Part shown: positions 34,901 to 38,518 of the stretch, one piece after another
Layout: each line of letters begins with the position of its first letter
How positions within the stretch are numbered: the first letter of the stretch is position 1
From: a virus
Virus record (IMG/VR): IMGVR_UViG_3300042549_007551
Coordinates: 1 to 64,000 of that record
DNA length: 64,000 nucleotides
Reading direction: 5' to 3' (one strand)
Notes under the pieces: model-generated
The model's input: the letters and a program-made list of their open reading frames with translations, nothing else
Told to the model about the DNA's origin: nothing
Database searches by the model: none
Translations under genes and position numbers: made by a program

Positions 34901-37900
34901 TAGTCACTAACTTCAGTTTGTATTCTTTTAAAATTCTTTTTATTAATAACAATTTTAATACCACTACTAGTTTCATAATTTAAAACAGGGTAATCAATGT
35001 ACTCTTCATTTTCTTCATAAGCTTTTTTTCTACTTTCAAGCGCTTGTTTTGCTTGATCTAAAATATCACTTTGACTATCAATAGTATCTTTTTCTGCACT
35101 TTGTTCAACCTGTTCTTTTGTTGTTTGTTGAATAATTTTAGATAATGTTTTATTAGTTTTCTTTTGCTTGTTTAAAACTTCATCAAAAGTTTCATTAGAT
35201 TTTTTAACAGAGGTACCTGTTTTATTTATATCAATAAGTTCTTTATTAATTGTATTAACGTCTTTTTCAATTGCTTCAAATTTTTCAATTGTAATAGCAG
35301 CTTGTTTAGGATTAATGTTTCTTCTTAAATATTCAAAAAGTTTTTCAACAGAAAAAGATAAACCTTTAAAAGCAACTGACATAGGGTTTGCTACGTGTGT
35401 TACTATTCCAGCAAAACTATCTACATTATCAATATGATTTTTTAAACTTTCAAAGTTGTTATATAAATTAGAACTAACTTTAGAATTGATTTTTAAATCA
35501 AAGTCTTTATAAGCTTTTGCTAATAGTTGTCCTTCACTTAACGAACCACCGTACAATGTTTTAAGTTCTCTAAATGTATTATCAAAACGACCTATTAAAG
35601 CTATTTGATTTTCTGTAGGTGTTGTACTCTTACGAGCTTGTTTGTATCTTCTATAAGAATTTTCTAATTCATTTTTAAGTTTAGCTGAACCTACTTTATA
35701 AATATAGTTTTTATTTTCTAAAACATTTGTAAATAAATTGTCTAAAATATTAAGCTGTGAAGAAATATCTAAAGTATACACTCTAGCCTTTTGTCCAAAC
35801 TGAATACCACCAGAAGCAAATTGTTTGTATAAAATTTCTTGTACACCTTTTCTACCGTTGCTTATCCAAGCTCCTACTAATTGTTTTAAGAAAGCTTGTT
35901 TAGCTGTAGGATCGTTTATCTTAAAACTAAAAACGCCATCTTCATCCACAAGTTTTCCTAAGCTGTTAGCTGCAGCTTTTGTTTTACCTGTCATTTTTAA
36001 CTTACTAGTTTCATGTTCAACTATTCTTGATAGCACATTAGTACCAACGTCTATCGTATAAGTTTGGTAATACTTATTAACAACTTCGTTAAAGTTTTGT
36101 GGGTCAATTAAAAGCTCACCTAATGTAGATATTAAAGAGTTTCCTATTTCACCTAAGTTTAAATTAGCAGCTTCACGGATATCATCAAACATAACTGATC
36201 GATATAACTCGTTACTATAACCCCAAGATTTTGCTAAAGCATCAGTCATTGCTTTAGAATCACCTGAAACTAAACCAAGTAACACTGCTTTGTTTCTTGT
36301 AGCACCATATAAGTTATCGTTAATATCCCCGTATAAAGATATTGCAGAAACAAAACTAACATCATCAGGATCGGTTGCTTTCCAAGGACTAAATTGATCA
36401 TCTAAAGGAGCGGTAATACTAGTAACTGCTTGTAATGTCATCATTGATAATCCTGCTCGAACCTGATTACCAAATGCGTTTGTACTTAACCAACTACCTA
36501 TACCAGTTAACGGGTTGTTTTTACTCAGTAAACTAAGATTTTTATTGATACGTAAACCACTACTCAACCATCCTGTTAAAGCTGGTACTGCAATCGTTGT
36601 TAATAATGTAGCAATCGAACTAATCGGACGTTGCATCATACCTGCATATAAGTTTTGTGCAAACATTTCTTGTGCTTTAGCACCTTCTGGACTAAATGAA
36701 CGACCAACAGTTCTTCCTACTAAAAATCCTTGTAGTGCTGAAACAGCTATAGAAGCTACTGTACCGATGCCGCTTATTGCTGAACCAATTAAACCACCAC
36801 CAGCAACTTCTATTGCGCTACCTGTTAAAGCAACTGTATCTGATATAAGTGCTAATGCATTAAATGCTGTATTAAATATATCGCCTTGTTGAACGCTTTG
36901 AGCTAATCCAACTGCTGAAGTACCTAAACTATAGATGTCTGCGGCGATACCTAAACCAGGCACAAATCTGGCGCCTGCTTCACTAATACTTTTAAAGAAT
37001 GTTTTACCAGCTTGCGCGCCTTTTTTTATAGTAAGTTTTGCTGCATCAACAATAACACCATTTGTTTCTAATATTTTAGCAGCTGCAGTTATAGTTTTAG
37101 AAGCGTCATTTACAGTGTTTGTAATACGCGCCGAATCATTTAACATGTTAGTAACGTCTACAACATCCTCAGCTTTTGCCGCTATTTTAATAGCTTCATC
37201 ACTATTTTTTACAATTGAATTACCAGCATCTACTATTTGTTGTTGTGCTAGTTTAACGCTTTGATCTAAGTTTACTAAATCTTTTTGTGCAAGGTCAAAA
37301 GCTTGTTGAGCTTGTATCTTTAAAGGATTATTTTTACCTAATCGTTTTACTTTTTTTAAATTAGCTTCTGCTTTAATAAAACTTTTATCAGCAATTTTCT
37401 TTAGCTCTACATTGTTTGTTAGTGTAGCTTCTAAAGTAGCTTTATTTACTTTAGATAATTCTAAGTTTTTAACACTTTCAATAAACTTAGGATCATAAGT
37501 TTGTAATGTTTTTTTAATTTTATAATCTTGTTTTAGTAAATCATTTGCACTTTTTACTTGTTTATTATAATCAAGAACAAGCGATTCATTAGCTTTAATA
37601 TTTCTTAATTGTTTAAATCTTGCGTCTTGATAACGTGCTCTTTTAGGATCAAAGGTAGTAGAAAAAGGATTTTGCCATGATTCTTTTTTCCAGAACTTTT
37701 TATCAATTAATGCTGAACGAAGGTACCCACTGTTTAAAGCAGCGCCTACACCTGCACCCACAAGACCGCCTAAGTTACCAAATAAATCATATGTTCCAGT
37801 ATCTTCTATCCCATATCGGTTTCGAATGCGCTCCATAAAATCTTCGTTGTTAACAGCAAAAGGTGAGATTGCCCATTGTTGTAATGATCTTACAAGTACT

Positions 37901-38040
37901 TGATTTGAAGTAGCGCGCGCTTGTCCAAACCCTCTAAGCCCTTCATAATAAGGTGCTAATGCAGGTCTAGAATAAATATTTCCAGGATATATTCTAGTCG
38001 TTCCTGCTAATAAAGGTTTTCGTGGATATAATAATGCCAT
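13924..38040 (-). CDS. Giant (8,038 aa) virion/ejection polyvalent protein containing a single-chain two-barrel RNA polymerase and a DEDD exonuclease-like domain
   Basis: Beta-like motifs FED (aa ~5592), GNK..GFKG (K5613/K5622), VDIVAN, EHTAEKMNVR (H5789); beta-prime-like RWP (R6089) and catalytic GADNDGD (D6125/6127/6129); VLDMET..VAHNGKRFD (aa ~4356-4517); hydrophobic Gly-rich N-terminal segment; located downstream of the capsid gene. Confidence 0.85.
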   Translation of the reverse strand: MALLYPRKPLLAGTTRIYPGNIYSRPALAPYYEGLRGFGQARATSNQVLVRSLQQWAISPFAVNNEDFMERIRNRYGIEDTGTYDLFGNLGGLVGAGVGAALNSGYLRSALIDKKFWKKESWQNPFSTTFDPKRARYQDARFKQLRNIKANESLVLDYNKQVKSANDLLKQDYKIKKTLQTYDPKFIESVKNLELSKVNKATLEATLTNNVELKKIADKSFIKAEANLKKVKRLGKNNPLKIQAQQAFDLAQKDLVNLDQSVKLAQQQIVDAGNSIVKNSDEAIKIAAKAEDVVDVTNMLNDSARITNTVNDASKTITAAAKILETNGVIVDAAKLTIKKGAQAGKTFFKSISEAGARFVPGLGIAADIYSLGTSAVGLAQSVQQGDIFNTAFNALALISDTVALTGSAIEVAGGGLIGSAISGIGTVASIAVSALQGFLVGRTVGRSFSPEGAKAQEMFAQNLYAGMMQRPISSIATLLTTIAVPALTGWLSSGLRINKNLSLLSKNNPLTGIGSWLSTNAFGNQVRAGLSMMTLQAVTSITAPLDDQFSPWKATDPDDVSFVSAISLYGDINDNLYGATRNKAVLLGLVSGDSKAMTDALAKSWGYSNELYRSVMFDDIREAANLNLGEIGNSLISTLGELLIDPQNFNEVVNKYYQTYTIDVGTNVLSRIVEHETSKLKMTGKTKAAANSLGKLVDEDGVFSFKINDPTAKQAFLKQLVGAWISNGRKGVQEILYKQFASGGIQFGQKARVYTLDISSQLNILDNLFTNVLENKNYIYKVGSAKLKNELENSYRRYKQARKSTTPTENQIALIGRFDNTFRELKTLYGGSLSEGQLLAKAYKDFDLKINSKVSSNLYNNFESLKNHIDNVDSFAGIVTHVANPMSVAFKGLSFSVEKLFEYLRRNINPKQAAITIEKFEAIEKDVNTINKELIDINKTGTSVKKSNETFDEVLNKQKKTNKTLSKIIQQTTKEQVEQSAEKDTIDSQSDILDQAKQALESRKKAYEENEEYIDYPVLNYETSSGIKIVINKKNFKRIQTEVSDYEKKAGPDLDAVVKAGQKGNDKVTLEYVAKRNALLNYTYITKHRKVLSQVFVLMDAGLVHVNELTTVAQQSLFNVLKVINGFKIFSNETVFIKSSLVINEELATLQEENKELEKEKVDLKKQVNKLLKITKNVKATGEEKLKASEEIIALETSITKIQNAQDKKATTIKTLKDKLEIIKNNPKKDEDVQRNTYNKQRAIDEFIEGDEGDALVDLANQYGIKVALVDKDGNEIERATLKTITPSNRKKKVVDVQISFVKTIEQDIVSLIYNLLPDGFETTLLLKGLINFDADDIEKNWDKQTTAAKINTLIRIIKKLELDSYISADKVKSFGGLLGVVEAINKVIENKNKPTFRSVEDVSLTELKEIVFYKLLNQKNGLFKQKLDTVNKLFERADKQIEKITKVLDSDSEKNKADKKAIKDILDQELRRINNFLQYNEMYSYVKSYYYNSINVNKDINLFLSDEAKKELLPDFITEDELKNWNKLSIPDAVSKLNSIDTAFIKFLEERESNVVESEYILQKDEVLSDKEFLTEYDTMIEELIETKEIRKQEEAKKNTIKKAVSSTLSVQSTIVKQLENIPQSLLTNLLFKLSTSDIEKDKNNPYNALKKILAGGFSVLNIKELRFNFRMAMFINSDSETIDDAKSYKETLKGLKRTSSGHYYFLEKVLKELVRLDKEKVITIDWDTLSNSKEGKKVKVFSKRGETFKSDSYKIRLLGDLYNKEEDIDIKLPLDGKEQKRLNRIYYQSVNESIRNYFDENNIEYDKDYLKDFIEKLISGDKSITADVYKLIAGNALKIMTIKLQDLYAFNNKHRYLKNIIDKGIRATEIKDIRASSDRHYTLSTSVYKALSISDDKHKDLLDDIITFSNFQTFGNYEDENSIKPAFNLKSGLMQVVYFLNSFIETDKAFKKEVDFKELDYFAFEDKQIVIYIKNDKNKVSRKVYLLEYLLTHHVNIRIVSSIIDRLKTNTVAKGTLTPETASELGNKLLNEYQDAVKKFGSSIVTAPLTISRELFKGTDEEYALVNDINFINAYGSLNTLLFLETQYESADPKFLKRKNRYSNIQLVLKPEIFYYLEKANTEFKKPETTVVINGKTINKPVSSDILFILYVLDAKDIPQETKELLVKKVFFYQGTVGKGVATLNKIEELNGVVLRQNNRIALLKNRKDSKSKNIKDQISDLENEVIDIQRRINAYENFRNNIKDKALEEDFNAFYKYIVDNPEKVETMFYNNRSTSDDSNIAIAYDPATKEYMVVEHYDGNGNSNIDESGVKGLPNYNSEIGEKIISKHNTELHTEGSKKIAKVLKEKGYDPYVLTLRDISETGAVIIVSKDNLETAFSEFNNLVKFALKDKTSKDKNIYFMTEEQHKDILEMRRTKKYINTFDYVITKDKNGNINGELKSNYINIKSSTSRSGQGGILGGFLKDVENLQKLADRLKLSREDLVKKLTEFARIKKEYTIVEPGDVVNINFNQTNLFKRVVRLARKEKAFARFLELLYNDFGSFDIDVIGRNFFTDRYIKENYNFNNFESDLRRENYRLYEQLTEIKINATNIGPDIKITLLDAIKNALIVMQKEYKNEDITFNNYNDIYNKEFLKTIEQLKDVAYSFVSSLKYTHNIYYKKLIKKLQDYFGSGLEGFITAKEMSTRNNILKHSENKTFVLVNGKKEYNKGLFNAQKVGMLNLINELKEEFNSKQTEGVSLESVLAAQLRRSRALYKESTKANNARVRGTATNLNWTNLFYVIKNLPSTFDIDRMDDKTLIGLASYLNIDDSIFNKFKNEDYLSIKIAIKNTINTYFNQLKSVLELPDDMTLAELITDVKTNNPQVNAILNYIKKYSTMFDDNIKTVSDAEINSIKKDVLKTTLNKYINNISLHANKTNEIYLQINASLSYKKMLEKDPKSTVTLESMIKDLRIQDKDNVKNWYKKPKEDFREENGVNITDVILDNITQTTPSAFNNVVKETIESIVNKAEDVFFGDTSGKAIIKPTFIKNFGSASEYLDSIKDKEARNMTELFINIMFYGGLKKENATIETVAKQFKIDLNKYKQESGKTRLGPIDDNVFKVMSYLLRNKKENKFESPFEVYNLINLPLLDDNKKFKVYLYEYLFGFKDYKGNVIRHTHNEKEKRISLSKKLFNSLGIDFETVENLFTKYNTLDEIMDVLYNTISKNDNMFAFVNIINFAKTQFINNEFKQQWSWQDAVNKFRIGAAKKNIRRIKKLEALNIFETKQQDDPFENSILRSIFNSVSHLSNAGSYVKGINDRLDIIVLKEKDTPDTNVTVKPQLLMTTPNNINKITREATRNAFSAVFKPNTDPSYQSTMAQVIEQTLADFSFHSINEDYAETIDKVSTRNPDSVYLNLMTRYTNVLSLLKGGVDKYDFVKMKEIGSALLVLEQDKKYITLYKKDFERYVKTINDPKKVIEIEEALKDIVKYFNSRGYLIGVNIEQVKAIMGYILVQKFELKTQEGIKDREKLVLQGLMDIQEANISNQLLKLSEIATNIESVHGVKKLLKLIYPESVLNNMSKSERKEAEDRIEKIENLVNVLESSLKLDASTRNVYDTVELGMAANSEMALKQLPTITTWLSIKDTIDELKKELKVVNASQRGFKLNYNFDINENTIINKNMSSLNKAISKLEEAVSGINNSIEVLKDKNAAYKEKLLIDIYNNNPGLMKEFNDYWLTVLDKAEKENKQALEKVKAFIPKEFFQEREKILIELEAEKTYFKTNEYIAFKNIRKKKLQNLYNSKSILILKKYKINITNAAGYKDFILNANKKLDDIDALEQTLSTGPKDSKIKTNSWKKFTKIVLNIEEKNKKRIDNINQYIVNEGYLDEDTQSAKERKIASVKYYLNNIRTVYFSGIKEATKELVKKEQQDLNKLVLNEEATASLVKGKNKYLDKAKYILQELENEFIFTYEFEDFKNYEEEIDNKVKELQDSKLTGVDYKPHDRKYTNVFKKFMVATYIQIALDYKFKKLNIKKKDLTKETVKKETNKYKVLYTLKSEELYKRLKNLIYKINEEDTTYFKSSGFNLKLKTKSLQILKDEKEEYTLDQLETLREEFSTSVNNIIINSKNTDLSKLIYNLKKLKSNIKTTLENIKSAETALENINKYGNQKPEDVIKNIVKRVAKDGISLVKEDEVVSYLLSNEVKAFNDEEDILIKSKEQLNAELSTLKNRRDSINTYTVVNPDKISKLNKRIDLLEEESAPIKLRHDNLLLEAKKNKPYGNSNLDTYRNNYKIKEDVSREALLDSIITEAGNYYQGGKQALLDLIESTNIDGEKGINLHNAVVDNIVTFFNYMKQIELSGKNIPDRFVVLDMETITEKSGRRTPYQLTILNVTRVKGKLMFNVLNQFMTNRIFIDGIEETIDSNGVKTITKSDELEGFYDQQVKMYVKESAGFKAWADINKKKYWDAKALEEYINNNLTKNELDDYTKRIDLTIKNIAGLPNDIEFIRLFVSEINALPNTVPIVAHNGKRFDFVNYNEFIFKLSKTLKTNLYYQLIRQNDPKAVRERLNLLSVEDAVDKGEEVKLIEANKKEINNILNKVNKGIALTDADITAMTRFNQEIGSIIVTKLMKEIEEKLGITVNVKLKEALFTGNNSQIKSVTNIVLEYISTKDPAEKARLKDMLVAYFIEGWKLRHTTDESKNIEKYADALLKDTELEYNNYLEDGVLKEDQGVSIASTGMAIRKAVKKELGIKDTQLNDFEYNEALYSVEKQIEQIKKFIAYVNLSSVKSHKEKVLELKATQDALIKERNQIISEVENLKKEIVTAKVGTDDLKNIIKKAADKIKNIRSNTSYRIQNVLNNQLENAKKRFKYIRTNSVDFGLLKFEIDENLKLLNKTLEEMEILLTLIPADADQKIDLNSQKVKDVLSRMVDPSIIKIKTNEEKNKLLKEFNERQSKLVKLTTGIENGRNIIDAKIEEKIKEIVAGLKKDADIKLKTVEDAWNTVGKSLLGTSFKPVLSNLKASDTDLNIKFNEALSILVSKQNELKDNTTYASLVSLLSKEKGARGLISVIEEEKKILKNIDKFNLRTLITLALKKELDYVNSNISFLNDLKIGVPKNNTEINNEVITNKFLEVISVLRNTERIKTEFERSNIFTVLNGNEENINNFTPDERLDGLQRVATEREEQSFINKLGVKNVKRVYKDAHRGLDKEALIVKDDIALAKSPSDNFYLVGYMDNQNNIYNYYQFTTGGGMPTFKFRYTYVEVGKILEVKTKDIVYRPKPNEDMEGWLKTKFFNYTDKSGKRKLGFSGLNKEAIYLEDGIDASYNSIEKTIKLAAKHQKDGLFEYTQDETDKAIKAKEIAAFRESVVFDDAIPDSALERINMTTVLKQRFFRYYDTYQSAKRNEKDSDIVKVYRGIADRILSKFKANDPAKLLFLVDPQYSTSPLIIWTRKNVVRLSLDLEKSAEGSAGKSNPPLTALNVDMPHTLNTNPGRIVLSFNKLYLEYTPYKIINDYYEYEDLNKLNATTIEDNLGKFIDSIADPKEKEIITSRLLRTYKDKNGKDKVINIFTPNYLTEKQYQFYKRDILHKIGVNTIVGFINHPGAFEDALLIDAEYAKAVGMDEGNKTWLGMWGFKGGIRYVVGLKEKFGVDIVANKESLVKRGAGGAVLEQTLNAVRMYLVNDELQGDGYKNIADNALLKKYGLTKNNLSVLRSKEKELKDTFKIREGKIILDAAKDYAKILDGIFGKASDGHSVWNDIIYDVIKDDLIVNNILSNGDINTLNFKGIDIQRGEIYVILDAEHTAEKMNVRTRLIEEENISIAERDIKGSIIGGVPITPSFSAILEAQGVNWKVLLDQKDRNEIEVFSEIQNNGLLPFIEKYSIKKSNGTYDIEAMAKKISLETNTPMVDEVINYLTYKNFSIRTSNQETRLKLETIILPKINLKAMNRASEFLTGNTGAIVSYTYRKHPGIRQQLLANTDLMLGQLRTSRQGWEELSKNKDWLQIDRIDDASWSKIINGFNINTALNYKNNSVSIVNNKDEVKLSSKQELEDFIIHLNKSGITNDNISGKENKMYVVDSKTYTVKFVTNNKGIKFGWVLAARWPIQDAKSTPTVKIVGYHTNETIEANPYMYKMMGADNDGDTIGMIALNNEQFNKGLFFKNDATKESYYDEGFWSWDSINNVKKKEKGYLESVRKELLTNVKSNGRTDVISTEATSVGKAVFKGASGTPIRTSYSFGELYGTIFAGIKKDISEIEIPKVVGWENDDAAKKYFLNVAIREVYNENAYEGFELKEYDSKDAVNKILETNETLYKIAARNYLFDQSIKNNKYNVTKYMTKEDLVLVNDEVIEKHFSLEDKQYIKENKVETIFKRKNEKDKEIIYKLFLRILHTQSLIETITRFQASKNGIGVFGGLRKIQNVTSIISPFLGMNKDQTGNAWHAFKSNLGVVTIRSLSDKILSATNLKGILNDINIESDLSLNVTDRKNKLEKDKKVFISKVKGKLNETIYDSWFKEVAYDKDKKVYIDKEDAAKYKEYFKESVDEILGLIFDKNYLSLLVRQEMSSFGFALKSEYKLGAIVKHFDKYYQKPANKEDDILNPFYRSLIEKYRDLVKRNMEQTKLNEVEEMYLHLFYFGRNNADVKKFKKAIKDNDKVTNDKKKPTISTMADIYSSDYLDQVIIDRGILGKQSNDATIIIGIAKHGALRMDVTKFLRDFKKRVKENVDKLSVRKVTIGLDEAHENALAIGLDSDPIETNNLSIRNLELEKEIDNNEESKNVQIAQSYTRKSKAIDDITTVINQYAKKELFPDSKIPDEISTYYFNIIKEVAIVFYKNKGALEESLDTEVTINGVTGTVNAFLGELVAIKMPAYRILRLFNVANNTYNEINARYSSGTESNDRIDRKEISWLNKTFYLYKLLLEFNGYNAKEELRLNLDKKYQASKDFFLSSREVDANYVNIDIESGNVTQRLNKSQNSATVSTLKEQASIIASELLEPYGNSYSKALGSEQTNASDLERLTALEFIKDQDLESLRDVVTIDSLIDVLISAFKEFKIVTEDKQKIYNSRNKTVDKTTVNDIAIRLLNKELSFNRIERYIKEINVADNNLRSKNDEIKRKEIRIKTLGNLILQKSNEENKVKLAIDEVKDLSKQDTLDYFNKKLLELEKRRRDIKLAVISKIFSRKFAQGMFLLHTPEGESMDLLKQGIPRIMGDEETLSKQDVERIKHTNLMNIDKSVVPFITLASMYKKDIIVVDQNGNKTKKEVYDFKTMYEHVKRNSNFIRLVVVKDGYASEGLIKRVGDLFRKNDPEWEKKTRWQQFIGAAKHRDKVRFNSFDEIESYVKQLNDPKDKKVNSIIFNGKEYTSVDLDNINFKEDLSLTTKQIDVRSWKDLEKIFNLIKKYQADEGVNLQFGFVTIDSLMSLYNQAYKPFRFKGGWSNILAQLQYLEKLLMRFNYGFIMRNYLDTWTQLYSELYKDFGVFGAFKNRKQIVRIMGLTHDVYNIYKDVSEERLLSLLEVKTAYDKMLSLLLKKDNVTNEEVLTITENFYIIKDRLKNYIDGAEAIKKEDVKKRIETRLIKAKEISQRLEGIGNYILNVVIGVKDIKDLDNIKVTSKFKNVKALKNITYNIALQESVAFLGDTRFAEYFTLYDSLKFNPGETNLYRQRINKRLEKYKTTLDSNGQPVYSADYEDLKKILFEVSAFMQTNAQVDVYRQETFEYLRNIVEERKLNDFNDTETRTFKEVYDEIEKEKNGLFNKGLLGLVHKGYKYTYSDLNANIENVGRIAGYLLDRQLRGYTFQEAVNSSLKRFFNYGLRSPLEMQLLADIPYLSFPVRSLTNWIDRILDPRMSVLLSDIIDGVYGQYTDDDGEYSPFELFEMQNGWLRIYNGVGIRLGFGLFDVQKLLSDPGRSLLDRQRPLLRGLSKFLETKDVLQSIRQLAIAGPISNVLNKLPVREQLTQGPLAPFVSKNKNPIIPLSSGILPLYTVPDYEKYTPKRYRYLYGSNGRWAKYENIYRDWFTKYGTMRKPRVNPYSLVKNTKWRQYVRYRRSRVALR

Positions 38041-38050
38041 GCTGTAAAGT

Positions 38051-38059
38051 ATTATAGCA
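38051..38059 (-). promoter_or_regulatory. Extended -10 promoter (TGCTATAAT) for the giant gene
   Basis: TGCTATAAT 10 nt upstream of the ATG; TTTACA lies 16 bp further upstream, inside the terminator stem. Confidence 0.6.
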
Positions 38060-38060
38060 T

Positions 38061-38089
38061 AAAAAAAACCACTGTAAACTATACAGTGG
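38061..38089 (-). terminator. Intrinsic terminator after the capsid operon
   Basis: CCACTGTA-tagtt-TACAGTGG followed by T8 on the - strand. Confidence 0.8.
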
Positions 38090-38110
38090 CTCTTTTACTA
38101 ATTGTCTAAA

Positions 38111-38449
38111 CTACATCTTCTTAAAGTCGCCGGACGCTTGCGTGTCCATAAACTTAGCTGTGGTTTTAGCGATACGAATCTGACGGTCAATGTGATGAAG
38201 ATACTTCAACAACGCATTGTAATGTCCGCGTGATAACGAGAATTCGGTACCATCCGTTGGATACTTTTTAAAGTTTCCATTAAACGCCACAGTAATGCTC
38301 TCACCTACGTAACGAGCATATAATGGTGAGATTGAGTATTTAACATTAGATTCACGGAATAACCTTAAATCGTTATTACGTGCTTGTGTTTCAACGCTTT
38401 CCACACCTTTAATAAGACTGGATGTTAGTTCAAATGTGTCTTTTGCCAT
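38111..38449 (-). CDS. Capsid-linked hypothetical protein
   Basis: ORF directly after the MCP with AAGGAGG RBS. Confidence 0.75.
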   Translation of the reverse strand: MAKDTFELTSSLIKGVESVETQARNNDLRLFRESNVKYSISPLYARYVGESITVAFNGNFKKYPTDGTEFSLSRGHYNALLKYLHHIDRQIRIAKTTAKFMDTQASGDFKKM

Positions 38450-38477
38450 TTGAGTGCTGCCTCCTTTCTTGGAAGAA

Positions 38478-38505
38478 TTACGGTTAACCTATACACCGTA
38501 AGGTT
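38478..38505 (-). promoter_or_regulatory. Repeated pseudoknot-forming leader motif, copy 2
   Basis: AACCTTACGGTGTATAGGTTAACCGTAA on the - strand. Confidence 0.6.
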
Positions 38506-38518
38506 ATTATAGCACGAA

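Noticed and set aside
14150-37264. About 20 + strand ORFs (73-163 aa) inside the giant gene
   Set aside because: Antisense shadows of the K/E/N-rich coding strand (F/L/S/I-rich, no RBS seen); not genes.
13924-38040. Tape-measure protein, or N4-type T7-like virion RNAP
   Set aside because: No tail tube or sheath genes or TMP-type repeats were seen, and the motifs are two-barrel (DxDGD) rather than T7-type.
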